DNA of 64,000 nucleotides from an uncultured bacterium (GTDB lineage Bacteria > Krumholzibacteriota > Krumholzibacteriia > LZORAL124-64-63): the NCBI GenBank assembly GCA_963727525.1, contig CAVSGO010000007.1:736001-800000 (forward strand), in the 5' to 3' direction. How positions within the stretch are numbered: position 1 is the stretch's first letter; each line of letters starts with the position of its first letter. The notes beneath the pieces are model-generated. The model did no database searches. It saw only the letters and a list, made by a program, of their open reading frames with translations, and had not been told where the DNA came from. Below, piece after piece: positions 10,209 to 20,402 of the stretch. A program made the position numbers and the translations under genes.

Positions 10209-11936
10209 TCAGCCCGACAGGCCGCCGTCGCGAACGAGCCGGTCGCGGACGCGCCGCCTGATCTCCTGACTCCTCGTGTCGCAGGTCGCGATGGCGGCGG
10301 CGGCCTCGCGTCGGCAGCTGTCGGCGAAATCCGGTTCCTCGGAGGCATCCAGATCGGCTAGGGCCGCCAGGTTGATGGCGACGTTGAAGAACGCGCCCTC
10401 GGCCCCCGCCTGGGCCGTCAGCGCCGCAACGCCGGCATCGGAGAGGCTGTTCTGGTTGCCGATCCGAGCGATCTCGTCCACCAGTTCGAGCAGGGCGGGG
10501 ACGCGGGTCAGGACACCCAGCGGCACGCGGGTGGCCTCGCGGGTGGCAGCGGCGATGGCGTAACTTCGGGCCTGCTTCTCGTTGTCGGATTTTTTCGCCA
10601 GGCCGAAGGCAGCCATGACCTTGTTGAAGGCGTCGGTGTCCCGGTCGATGGCGTCGAGGAAGGCGTCCTTGAGGTCCTGGGCAAGCTCGCCGATCTCCTT
10701 CACCCGGCTATCCACCGCCTCGTACCCTTTCTTACCAGCGGTCAGGTTGGCCACCATGGCCACGAGCGCCGCGCTCTGCGCTGCACAGAGGGCTGCCACG
10801 GAGCCGCCGCCGGGGGCCGGGGAATCGGTGGACAGCTCGTCCACGAACGCTCGGTTCGTCAGGCTCACGAGCGGACCGTCGACCATACCGGCCTGGTACT
10901 CGATGATCTTCTCGCGCGGCTCGAACGCGCTGAGGTCGCGCAGGCCGAGGCTCTGGATCGCCGTCTCGATGAGCAGACGCCGGGGCACACCCGCCGATTG
11001 GCCGGCCTGCCGCAGGTAGTGCTTGCCGGCGGCCAGCAGATCGCCCTCGGGAATCAGTCCGACGAGCTCGCTGCCGGTGACGCGGGCGCCCTGGTCGCGC
11101 GCCGCCGCGCGGCATGCCTCGAAGGCCTGGTGGGGTTTCGTGACGGCGGTGTTGACGAGATTGATCGAGACCTGGGCTCGGTCGTACTCGGGGATGGTCC
11201 AGCCCACCGCCTTGCAGGCCTCGAGCCGGTACTTGCCGGGAACGAGTACATTGGCGCCGTCGGCGTCCTTCACGATGCGGCCCTTGTCGTCACGCTTGGC
11301 GCGCCCGGCTTCCTTGATGTCGAGGGCGATCTCGCCGGCGACCTTCTTGTTGCGCGTGTTCAGATTGACGTTGTAGGCGACCAGGAATCCGCGGGCGCCC
11401 ACGTTGGTGGCGCCGGAGCGGGCGGTGTGGGCGTTCCAGGCGTTCGGACCGAAGTCGGGCTTCCACTCGGCGGTGCCCAGCTTCTGCGGCAGCGCCTCGT
11501 ACTCGCCCTTGCGCACGGTCGCGAGGTTGTGGCGCTCGTCGCGCGTGGCGGCCGACTCGTACAGGTACACGGGGATCTGCAGCTCCTCGCCGATGCGCTG
11601 GCCCACGGCGCGGGCGATCGCGACGCAATCGTTCATCGTCACGCCACGCACCGGCACGAAGGGGCACACGTCGGTGGCCCCGTGTCGCGGGTGGGCGCCG
11701 CTGTGCTTGCTCATGTCGATCAGCTCGCTCGCGCGCTTGACCACACGGAACGCGGCCTCGGCCACGCCCGCGGGGGAGCCGATGAACGTGATCACCGTGC
11801 GATTGGTCTCCGCGCCCGGATCCACGTCGAGCAACCTCACGCTCTCGACCTCTTGCACCACGGCGGTGACGGCATCGATCACGGCGCGATCGCGCCCCTC
11901 GCTGATGTTCGGCACGCATTCCACGAGCTTCTGCAT
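10209..11936 (-). CDS. ftcd: Bifunctional glutamate formimidoyltransferase / formimidoyl-THF cyclodeaminase
   Basis: LVECVPNISEGRD, NRTVIT, HPRHGATDVCPFVP, VTGSELVGL; C-terminal SPAPGGGSVAAL and GNQNSLSDAGV. Confidence 0.93.
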   Translation of the reverse strand: MQKLVECVPNISEGRDRAVIDAVTAVVQEVESVRLLDVDPGAETNRTVITFIGSPAGVAEAAFRVVKRASELIDMSKHSGAHPRHGATDVCPFVPVRGVTMNDCVAIARAVGQRIGEELQIPVYLYESAATRDERHNLATVRKGEYEALPQKLGTAEWKPDFGPNAWNAHTARSGATNVGARGFLVAYNVNLNTRNKKVAGEIALDIKEAGRAKRDDKGRIVKDADGANVLVPGKYRLEACKAVGWTIPEYDRAQVSINLVNTAVTKPHQAFEACRAAARDQGARVTGSELVGLIPEGDLLAAGKHYLRQAGQSAGVPRRLLIETAIQSLGLRDLSAFEPREKIIEYQAGMVDGPLVSLTNRAFVDELSTDSPAPGGGSVAALCAAQSAALVAMVANLTAGKKGYEAVDSRVKEIGELAQDLKDAFLDAIDRDTDAFNKVMAAFGLAKKSDNEKQARSYAIAAATREATRVPLGVLTRVPALLELVDEIARIGNQNSLSDAGVAALTAQAGAEGAFFNVAINLAALADLDASEEPDFADSCRREAAAAIATCDTRSQEIRRRVRDRLVRDGGLSG

Positions 11937-12106
11937 GATCTCGAACTCTCCCTTTCAGGCGTACGGGTCGGGCCGCGCCCGGCCGAAGCGCTGGACAGGC
12001 GTTCAATTTAACCGAAGGGCGCGGTGATTTCCAGGCGTATGCAACCTTCCTGGGGACGTCTGCGTCAATCGTCCACGTGTGACGGAATGAACCCGAACGA
12101 GGAGCC

Positions 12107-13228
12107 ATGCCGATGCGACGCCGAACCGTCGTGGGTCTCGTGAGCGGAACGATCGTGGTGGCCGCCGTGCTTGGCGTGCTGTGGCGCACCGGCCATCTGC
12201 TGCCGGCGGTTTCGCCCGCCGTCGCCCTGGCGGATTCCAGCCACGTGGCCGACGGGGATACCGTGGCGGTGCCCGTGGAGGTAGCCGCTGTGGCTCGACG
12301 CTCGATCGCCGCGTATTACCGGGCGGCGTCGGTCGTCGATGCGGATCGCCTCGTCGATCTCACGGCGAAGCTGGCGGGTCGGGTGCAGAGCATCGCCTGC
12401 GAGGAGGGCGACTGGGTGAGCGCAGGCCAGGTACTGGCGGAGCTGGAGAACGAGCGGCAGAAGGTGCAACTCCGGCAAGCCGAGTTGAAGCTCGCCGAGC
12501 AGCAACGCCTGCGCGAGCGCAATCGCCAGATGCTCGCCGAGCAGCTCATCAGTCAGCAGGAGTACGACGATGCGCAGTCGCGTTACGCGCTGGCCGAGAC
12601 CGAGCGCGATCTGGCGCGCATCGCGGTGGATGAGACGATCATGCGCGCGCCGTTCGCGGGCCAGATCACGGCGCGTCATGTGGTGCTCGGCCAGCAGCTT
12701 CCGGCCGCGACGGTTGCCTTCTCGCTGGCCGATGCCAGCCCGCTGCGCGTGCGCGTGCACCTTCCGGAGGCGGTGGCGCGGAAGGTGGCGGTGGGTCAGG
12801 AAGTGCTCGTGCAGCCCGAGGCGGACGACGCCCCGTTGCGCGCCACCGTCGAACGCGTCAGTCCCGTGGTCGATCCGCAGACGAGCACCGTGCAGGTGAC
12901 CATGCGTTTGCCGGCCGCGGCGGGTGGCGCCATGGTCGGCGGCTTCGTGAAGGTGCGCGTGACCACCGACCGCCATGCCGACGCACTCGCGATCCCCAAG
13001 ACCGCGCTGGTGGAGACCGGCGGCCTTAAAAACGTCTTCGTGGCCGCCGCCGACACGGTCCGCAAGCTCGAGGTCACCACCGGACTCTACGACGACACGC
13101 ATATCGAGGTCGTCGATGGACTGCAGGAGGGCTGGCAGGTCGTCACCCTCGGCCAGGGCAGCCTGCACACCGGCACCCGCGTCGAGATCCTGCCACCGGA
13201 TTCCCTGGACACCGTCGCCGCGAAGTGA
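12107..13228 (+). CDS. RND efflux periplasmic adaptor (MFP)
   Basis: N-terminal TM, lipoyl halves (EEGDWVSAGQVLA, RAPFAGQI), alpha-hairpin, SPVVDPQTST. Confidence 0.9.
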   Translation: MPMRRRTVVGLVSGTIVVAAVLGVLWRTGHLLPAVSPAVALADSSHVADGDTVAVPVEVAAVARRSIAAYYRAASVVDADRLVDLTAKLAGRVQSIACEEGDWVSAGQVLAELENERQKVQLRQAELKLAEQQRLRERNRQMLAEQLISQQEYDDAQSRYALAETERDLARIAVDETIMRAPFAGQITARHVVLGQQLPAATVAFSLADASPLRVRVHLPEAVARKVAVGQEVLVQPEADDAPLRATVERVSPVVDPQTSTVQVTMRLPAAAGGAMVGGFVKVRVTTDRHADALAIPKTALVETGGLKNVFVAAADTVRKLEVTTGLYDDTHIEVVDGLQEGWQVVTLGQGSLHTGTRVEILPPDSLDTVAAK

Positions 13229-13249
13229 TGCGGGCGCGAGGAGTGTGAC

Positions 13250-16200
13250 GTGAAGCCCATTCGTTTCGCCGTGACCCATCCCGTGACAATCTGGATGAGC
13301 GCCGTCGCCGCGGTTGTGTTCGGGCTGGTTTCCGTGGGGCGGCTCGATATGGGGCTGCTTCCCGAGGTGAACTACCCGAGCCTCACCCTGCAGACCGAGT
13401 TCCCGAACACGGCGCCCGCCGACGTCGAGAACCTCGTGACGCGTCCGCTGGAAGAAGCGGTGGGTGTGGTGCCGGGGCTGCGCAAGGTGCACTCGATCAG
13501 CCAGAGCGGCCTGTCGCAGATCACACTCGAGTTCGACTGGGGGACGGCGATGGATTTCGCCGGCCTCGATGTCCGCGAGAAGGTAGATCTGGTCGACCTC
13601 CCGCAGGATGCGAAGGCGCCCGTGCTGCTGCGCTACGATCCGGCCCTCGATCCGGTGCTGCGCATCGGCCTGTGGGGTGACGGGCCGCAGACCTACTTGC
13701 GCGCGCTGGCCGAGGATGTGGTGAAGCGGGAGATCGAATCGGTGCAAGGCGTGGCGGCAGCCCGCGTGATCGGCGGACTCGAGGAGGAGATCCAGGTGCG
13801 CCTCGACGAGGCGCGGCTCGCCGCTCACGGGTTGACCATCGCCGCCGTGACGGAGGCGCTGGCCCGTGAGAACGTCAGCGCGTCCGGGGGGCGGCTACGC
13901 GACCGCGATGCGGAGTACATCGTGCGCACGCTGAGCCGCTTCGGCACCCTTGGCGACATTCGCAACGTGACGATCGGCTCCGACGGGGGGCGGGCGGTCC
14001 GGCTGAGCGAGGTGGCCGAGGTCGTGCGGGCGCACAAGGAGCGCACGGACATCACGCACGTCGACGGGCGCGAGAGTGTGGAGATCGCCGTTTACAAGGA
14101 GGGCGACGCCAACATCGTCGACATGGCGCGTCGCGTGGCGGAACGCCTGGGGCCGTTGGCGAAGACGTTGCCGGCGGGCGTGCACCAGGAGGTGCTCTTC
14201 GATCAGTCGGTCTTCATCGCGCGCGCGGTGGCGGAAGTGCGTAACAACGCGCTGATCGGCGGGCTGCTCGCCGTCCTCGTGCTCTACCTGTTCCTGCGCG
14301 ATCTGCGCGCGACGTCGATCATCGCCGTGGCGATTCCGCTTTCGATCGTGGCGACGTTCATCCTCATGCAGACGCAGAATGTCTCGCTCAACGTGATGTC
14401 CCTGGGCGGCCTCGCCCTCGGTGTGGGCATGCTGGTGGACAACTCCATCGTCGTGCTCGAGGCCATCCAGCGACGGCGCGAGCAGGGTGGCGCGGATCTG
14501 GTGGAGACCGCGGTGCGCGGGACGGATGAGGTGGCGCGTGCCGTCACGGCGTCGACGTTGACCACGGTAGCCGTCTTCGTACCCATCGTCTTCGTGGTGG
14601 TGGGCGTGGCCGGGCAGATCTTTCGCGACCAGGCCCTGACGGTCACCTTCTCGCTGCTCGTGTCGCTGGTCGTGGCGCTCACCTTCACCCCCATGGCGTC
14701 GGCGCTCGGAACGGCGACCACCGGGAGGCCGGCCGAGCGCTGGACCCGCCGCTGGCGTCCGCGTCACCAGGCCGCGCGCTGGTGGCGCCGGATCCCGCAG
14801 TGGGCCGTCCACGCCGTCTTCCTGGGCGCACCGCTCGCCGTGGCGGCAGGCGCTCGCCGCCTCGGCCGGGCTCTGCGTTGGTTGCTCGTGACGGGGCTCA
14901 CGCCCCTGACCTGGGCCTTCGCGCGGACCTATCCGCGCCTCGAGCGCACTTACGAACGGGTGCTGGCTCTCGCGCTGCGGCAGCGGGCGGCGGTGCTGGG
15001 GCTGGTGGTCGCGGTGGCGGCCGCAGCCGTGCTGCTCGCTCCGACCCTGGGCAGCGAGCTGGTACCCACCCTGGCGCAGGGCGAGTTCACGCTGCGCCTC
15101 GAGCTGCCCGAGGGCACGCCGCTGTCGGTCACGGACGGCATGACATCCCGGATCGAACGCGACCTCCGCGCCGTACCTCAGATCCAGCGGCTGGCGACCG
15201 AGGTGGGCATCAGCCATGAGGAAGGCGGTCAGGCTGCGCGCCAGAAGGAAAACCGCGCCGAGGTGCAGGTGCGCCTCTTACGTTCGGATCGGTCCACCGA
15301 GACGGCGGCGCTGGCGGGCATTCGCCGGGTGCTCGCGGGCTACCCCGATGTGCGGATGCAGGTGCATCGGCAGGCCCTGATGTCGCTCGCCTCGCCCGTG
15401 GAGGTGGATGTCTACGGCTACGATCTGGATGCGCTGCAGCGCCTCGCCGACCAGGTTGTCGCGCAGATGGAGCACACGCCCGGATTGCGCGACATCCGGC
15501 CGGCCATGGTGCCCGGGTCGCCGGAGGTGCGCATCGCCTTCGATCGCGACAAGCTCGACCGGCTGGGTCTCGACGTCGCCGAGGTGTCGCGCACGGTAAG
15601 GGCGAAGGTGCTCGGCGAGGTCGCCAGTCGATTCCGCGACCAGGACCGGCACATCGAGATCCGCGTGCGCAACGTCGACGAGCAACGCACCACTCTGGCC
15701 GCGGTGCAGGACATCGTGGTGGCCGAACGCGATGGCATCACGATCCCATTGAGCAGCATCGCGAGCATGAGCGTGGCGCGCGGACCGGCGGAGATCCATC
15801 GCCTGGGCAATCGGCGCGTGGCGATCGTGGGCGCCAGCCTCGCCGGGCGCGATCTCGGCTCTGTCTCGCGGGACCTTCAGACGCGACTGGCGCGGTTGCC
15901 CTTGCCGGCCGGAGTGTCGATCGCGCTCGGCGGGCAGAACGAGGAGCTGGGGCAGAGCTATCGCTCGCTGCGCCTCGCCATCCTGCTCGCGGTGTTTCTG
16001 GTGTACCTGGTCATGGCGTCGCAGTTCGAATCGCTGCTCTACCCGTTCATCATCATGGTCACGGTACCGCTCGCGCTGGCAGGCGCCGTGTTCGGTCTCA
16101 AGCTCGCGGGGCTGGCGGTGAGCGTCATCGCGGTGATCGGGGCGATCATGCTCGCGGGCATCGTGGTCAACAACGGTATCGTGCTCGTGGATCGGATCAA

Positions 16201-16507
16201 CCAGCTCCGGCGAGCCGGTGCGCCCCTGCACGCCGCCACGTTGCAGGCGGGGCAGGAACGTCTGCGGCCCATCCTGATGACCAGCACCACCACCGTGCTC
16301 GGCCTACTGCCCATGGCCCTCGGACTCGGCGAGGGAGCGGAGTTGCGGGCGCCCCTCGCGGTGACGGTGATCGGTGGCCTCGTGCTGGGCACGGCCCTCA
16401 CCCTCGTGGCCGTGCCGGTGATCTACACGCTGCTCACACCGGAGCGCAAACCGGAGGTCGAGAAGACGCCGGCCCTCGCGCCGGCCATGCGGCGCGAGGA
16501 GGCCTGA
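13250..16507 (+). CDS. RND efflux permease (AcrB/SwrC-like)
   Basis: LNVMSLGGLALGVGMLVDNSIVVLE, SQFESLLYPFII, GIVVNNGIVLVD, RLRPILMT; GTG start. Confidence 0.93.
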   Translation: MKPIRFAVTHPVTIWMSAVAAVVFGLVSVGRLDMGLLPEVNYPSLTLQTEFPNTAPADVENLVTRPLEEAVGVVPGLRKVHSISQSGLSQITLEFDWGTAMDFAGLDVREKVDLVDLPQDAKAPVLLRYDPALDPVLRIGLWGDGPQTYLRALAEDVVKREIESVQGVAAARVIGGLEEEIQVRLDEARLAAHGLTIAAVTEALARENVSASGGRLRDRDAEYIVRTLSRFGTLGDIRNVTIGSDGGRAVRLSEVAEVVRAHKERTDITHVDGRESVEIAVYKEGDANIVDMARRVAERLGPLAKTLPAGVHQEVLFDQSVFIARAVAEVRNNALIGGLLAVLVLYLFLRDLRATSIIAVAIPLSIVATFILMQTQNVSLNVMSLGGLALGVGMLVDNSIVVLEAIQRRREQGGADLVETAVRGTDEVARAVTASTLTTVAVFVPIVFVVVGVAGQIFRDQALTVTFSLLVSLVVALTFTPMASALGTATTGRPAERWTRRWRPRHQAARWWRRIPQWAVHAVFLGAPLAVAAGARRLGRALRWLLVTGLTPLTWAFARTYPRLERTYERVLALALRQRAAVLGLVVAVAAAAVLLAPTLGSELVPTLAQGEFTLRLELPEGTPLSVTDGMTSRIERDLRAVPQIQRLATEVGISHEEGGQAARQKENRAEVQVRLLRSDRSTETAALAGIRRVLAGYPDVRMQVHRQALMSLASPVEVDVYGYDLDALQRLADQVVAQMEHTPGLRDIRPAMVPGSPEVRIAFDRDKLDRLGLDVAEVSRTVRAKVLGEVASRFRDQDRHIEIRVRNVDEQRTTLAAVQDIVVAERDGITIPLSSIASMSVARGPAEIHRLGNRRVAIVGASLAGRDLGSVSRDLQTRLARLPLPAGVSIALGGQNEELGQSYRSLRLAILLAVFLVYLVMASQFESLLYPFIIMVTVPLALAGAVFGLKLAGLAVSVIAVIGAIMLAGIVVNNGIVLVDRINQLRRAGAPLHAATLQAGQERLRPILMTSTTTVLGLLPMALGLGEGAELRAPLAVTVIGGLVLGTALTLVAVPVIYTLLTPERKPEVEKTPALAPAMRREEA

Positions 16508-16508
16508 G

Positions 16509-19500
16509 ATGGGGCTCACACGCCTCGCGCTGCGGCGACCGGTGACGCTGGCCATGGCGCTGGTCTCCATCCTCGTACTCGGTGGGATCTCCGTGACGCG
16601 GCTGCGCCTGGCGTTCCTGCCGCAGGTGGAATTCCCCTTCATCGCCGTGATGATCCCGTATCCCAATGGGGTCCCCGAGGAGAACGAGCGCGACATCGTG
16701 CGCCCGATCGAGGAGGTGCTCGCCACGCTGGGGGGCGTGCGCGAGATCCACAGTTACAGCGATGCCGATGCGGTGCAGGTGGGGGTGGTCTTCGACTGGG
16801 GACGCGACGTGAACCTGCTGCGTCTGGAGATGAAGGAGAAGATCGATCAGATCCGCGGTGATCTGCCCAGCGACGTGCGCAATGTCTTCCTGCTCACCTT
16901 CGACTCCAACGACATTCCCATCATCGAGGGACGCATCGCGGCGAAGGGGCGCGACCTCTCCGAGAGCTGGGACCTGCTCGAACAGCATGTCATCGCGCCG
17001 TTGCAGCGTATCCCGGGCGTGGGGCGCGTGAATATCGATGGCGTGGTGCCGACGCAGGCGTCGGTGTACCTGCGCTTCGACAGGATCCTCGAGTACAAGG
17101 TCGACGTGAACAAGCTGTTCCAGACCCTGGCGGCGGCCAATGTGGAGTTGACGGTCGGCAGCATCACCGATCGCGGCCTGCGCTATGACCTGCGTACCGT
17201 GAGCAACCTGGACAGCGTGGAGGATTTCGCGGGCCTGCCCATCGATGCGCGCGGGCTGCGTCTGAGCGACGTGGCCGAGGTCGTCTACGGCGCACCGGGC
17301 CTCACCTACGGGCGTCGCCTCAATGGGGAACCGGCGGTGGCCTTCTGGATCCAGAAGGCGTCGGGCTACAATACCGTGGAGGTGTGCCGCGCAGTGGAGG
17401 CGGAGCTGGCGCGCATCAACCTGGACCCCGCGCTGCAAGGCATAAGCAGCTTCGCCTTCTTCAACCAGGCCGATCAGATCACGGATTCGCTGCGCGGCTT
17501 GATGCAGGCCGGCGCGCTGGGGTCGCTCCTGGCGGTGGTGATCCTCTACGTCTTCCTGCGCAGCGCCACGCTCACCGGCGTCGTCTCGCTGACCATTCCG
17601 CTGTCGTTGCTGGGCACGGGCATCATCATGTATCTCGGGGGGCGCACGCTCAACGTGCTGTCGATGATGGGGTTGATGCTCGGCGTGGGTATGCTGGTGG
17701 ACAACGCGGTGGTGGTGCTGGAGTCGATCCACCGCCATCTCGTGGCCGGTATGCGCCCCATGGCCGCGGTGGTGCGTGGTACACGCGAGGTGGGGCGGGC
17801 GATCGTCGCCTCGACGCTGACGACCATCATCGTCTTCGCGCCCGTCGTGGTGGCGCGCAACGACCAGCTCGCGGTATGGCTGTCCGAGGTAGGCGTGGCG
17901 ATCAGCGTGACGCTGGTCTTCTCGCTGCTGCTGAGCCTGACGGTGACGCCGGCTCTGGCGGCGCGCCTCGGGCGCGAGCGGCGCCCCCGGCCGGAGGAAC
18001 GCTGGCTCGCCGGATTGCGGCGCGGCTACCTGGCCACGCTGCGCTGGACGACATTGCGGCATCCGCTGCTGACGGCGTTCGTGCTGTTGCCGGCCGTGGT
18101 CGTCGTCACCATCGTCCTGGTCAAGATCACGGGGCTAAAACCCGAGGCTTTCGGGGACGAGGGACTGCGGCGCGAGAACCTCTACGTGGGATTCGATTTT
18201 ACCCAGCCGGTCGACCATCGCCTATCGAGTCGCTACGTGCAGCGGGTGGAGACCTATCTGGAGAGCCGGCGCGGCGACCTCGGCATCCGCGACATCTATG
18301 CGTTCTACGGCGACGACAGCGGGGGCGTTACGGTGTTCTTCGCTGACGGAGTCGTGTCCGACGCGTTCTACCGCGCCGCGCGTGCCGACCTGCGTGACCA
18401 TCTGCCAGTACAGGCCGGGGTCCAGTATCGCTTCGGGGATGAGTCGGGCCAGGGAGGTGGCGCCCGGACCTTCTCGGTGACGATCCAGGGCGACGATACC
18501 GAGGTGCTACGCATCCATGCCGAGCAGGCCCAGGCGCGCCTCGCGCGGCTGCCGGGCGTGGCCGACCTCACCAGCGACGGGGACGCCGGCAAGACGGAGG
18601 TGCAAATCCGCGTGGATAGCGAGCGCGCTGGCCGCTTCGGCGTGACGCCGGCGACCGTGGCCGAGATCACCGGCCTCACCTACCGCGGCGTACCGCTGCC
18701 GCGCCTGCGGACGGGCGATCGCGAGCTGGATCTGGTCGTGTCCCTGCTGCCAGACGATCGCGAATCGATCGAGAACCTCTCCTTGCTCACCGTGGGCATG
18801 CACGGCGGCCAGGCGGTGCAGCTCGGGCAGGTGGCCGACTTCACCCTGGGCAAGGGACCGGCGCGCATCTTCCGCCGCGATCAGCAGTCGGGCCTCACGT
18901 TGCGGGGGAGCTACGACGGTGACGACTACGACGGCGCGCTGGAGCAGGTGGCCCAGGTGATGAACGGTCTCACCCTTCCGGTAGGCTACAGCTGGAGCTT
19001 CGGCACGGATATCGTGCACGGCCGGCAGCAGCAGAGCGAGATGGGGGCCAACATGCTGCTGGCGCTGGCCTGTGTGTTCTTCATCATGGCGGGCCTATTC
19101 GAGTCGCTGAGCCTGCCCCTGGTGATCATGGGGTGCGTGCCCTTCGCGTCGCTGGGCGTGTTCTGGGTGCTGATGGCCACGGGCACACCGATGAACCTGA
19201 TGGCCATGATCGGCATCGTCCTGCTCATCGGGATCGTGGTGAATAACGGGATCGTGCTCATCGACCACGTGGGGCGCTATCGCCGGCTGGGCGAGGATCT
19301 CGACGAGGCCCTGATCGCCGGGTGCGCTGACCGCCTGCGGCCGATCCTGATGACGGCCGGCACCACGATCCTGGGCCTGCTGCCCCTGGCGGTGCTGCAT
19401 GGTACCCATGTCGGCGATGCCGAGTACTACCCGATGGCGCGGGCGATCATCGGCGGCCTGACGGCGAGCACCCTCCTGACCCTCCTGGTCCTGCCCACCC

Positions 19501-19574
19501 ACTACCGGCTACTGCACCGCTGGCTGGGGCGTCTGGAGGGGAATAGAGCCATATTTGCAGAAGACACGATATGA
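16509..19574 (+). CDS. Second RND efflux permease
   Basis: GMLVDNAVVVLE, GIVVNNGIVLID, RLRPILMT; starts 1 nt after the first permease stop. Confidence 0.93.
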   Translation: MGLTRLALRRPVTLAMALVSILVLGGISVTRLRLAFLPQVEFPFIAVMIPYPNGVPEENERDIVRPIEEVLATLGGVREIHSYSDADAVQVGVVFDWGRDVNLLRLEMKEKIDQIRGDLPSDVRNVFLLTFDSNDIPIIEGRIAAKGRDLSESWDLLEQHVIAPLQRIPGVGRVNIDGVVPTQASVYLRFDRILEYKVDVNKLFQTLAAANVELTVGSITDRGLRYDLRTVSNLDSVEDFAGLPIDARGLRLSDVAEVVYGAPGLTYGRRLNGEPAVAFWIQKASGYNTVEVCRAVEAELARINLDPALQGISSFAFFNQADQITDSLRGLMQAGALGSLLAVVILYVFLRSATLTGVVSLTIPLSLLGTGIIMYLGGRTLNVLSMMGLMLGVGMLVDNAVVVLESIHRHLVAGMRPMAAVVRGTREVGRAIVASTLTTIIVFAPVVVARNDQLAVWLSEVGVAISVTLVFSLLLSLTVTPALAARLGRERRPRPEERWLAGLRRGYLATLRWTTLRHPLLTAFVLLPAVVVVTIVLVKITGLKPEAFGDEGLRRENLYVGFDFTQPVDHRLSSRYVQRVETYLESRRGDLGIRDIYAFYGDDSGGVTVFFADGVVSDAFYRAARADLRDHLPVQAGVQYRFGDESGQGGGARTFSVTIQGDDTEVLRIHAEQAQARLARLPGVADLTSDGDAGKTEVQIRVDSERAGRFGVTPATVAEITGLTYRGVPLPRLRTGDRELDLVVSLLPDDRESIENLSLLTVGMHGGQAVQLGQVADFTLGKGPARIFRRDQQSGLTLRGSYDGDDYDGALEQVAQVMNGLTLPVGYSWSFGTDIVHGRQQQSEMGANMLLALACVFFIMAGLFESLSLPLVIMGCVPFASLGVFWVLMATGTPMNLMAMIGIVLLIGIVVNNGIVLIDHVGRYRRLGEDLDEALIAGCADRLRPILMTAGTTILGLLPLAVLHGTHVGDAEYYPMARAIIGGLTASTLLTLLVLPTHYRLLHRWLGRLEGNRAIFAEDTI

Positions 19575-19796
19575 CGTTAAATTTTCGGCCTACCGCTTGG
19601 TGTTGTTGACCGGTTCGTCGCCCGAGATGGCCATACTCAAGCGGCCTTGGCGTGGATGCCGCGGGGAACGTTCCCGGTCCGGCGTCGTTTCAGGCAGGTC
19701 GGCCGAACCGGGGGGCTCGGCGAATCGGGCGGGAGGAGCGGACGCCGGGAACCCGCCGTCGGCGATGGCCGGCGGTGCGGAAAGGCAGTTGAGGGC

Positions 19797-20399
19797 ATGT
19801 ATAATCAGAGTCCCATGGATCGTGTGGCGATCTTCATCGACGGCGAGAACATCCACTACAGCGCGAAGCATTTGAACATGCGGCTGGACTACCTCAAGAT
19901 GTGCCGCCTGCTGGCCGGCGAGCGGCGACTGCTGCGCGCCTATTTCTACACGGCCATCAGCACCCAGTCCGAGGGCAAGATCGACTTCATCAATTTTCTC
20001 AAGCTCAACGGCTTCACCGTTGTGACCAAAGAGGTCAAGTCGTTCAACGAACCTGAGAGCAACGGGCGCAACGTCCGTAGCAGCCTCGACATGGAGATGG
20101 CCATCGACGTGATCGAGCTGAGCGCGTACGTCGACACCGTGATCCTCTGCACGGGAGACGGCGATTTCCGGGCCCTGGTCGACGCGGTGGCCCGCAAGGG
20201 CAAGCACGTGGAGATCTGCGCGCTGCGCGAGATGACCAGCACGGACCTCATTTCCGCTTCCGACGCCTACATCGATCTGGCGAGCCTCAAGGACCAGATA
20301 GCCCTACAGGTGCCGCAGCGCGAGATCCGCAACGAGATCGACACCTCGGCCGACGGATTCGAGTCGTTCAAGGTCCAGGACACCAGCTTCGACTTCTAG
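19797..20399 (+). CDS. NYN domain (LabA/DUF88, PIN-fold) protein
   Basis: RVAIFIDGEN, DMEMAID, LCTGDGDF, ASDAYIDL. Start at ATG 19797 (after GAGGG) or 19815. Confidence 0.88.
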   Translation: MYNQSPMDRVAIFIDGENIHYSAKHLNMRLDYLKMCRLLAGERRLLRAYFYTAISTQSEGKIDFINFLKLNGFTVVTKEVKSFNEPESNGRNVRSSLDMEMAIDVIELSAYVDTVILCTGDGDFRALVDAVARKGKHVEICALREMTSTDLISASDAYIDLASLKDQIALQVPQREIRNEIDTSADGFESFKVQDTSFDF

Positions 20400-20402
20400 G
20401 CC

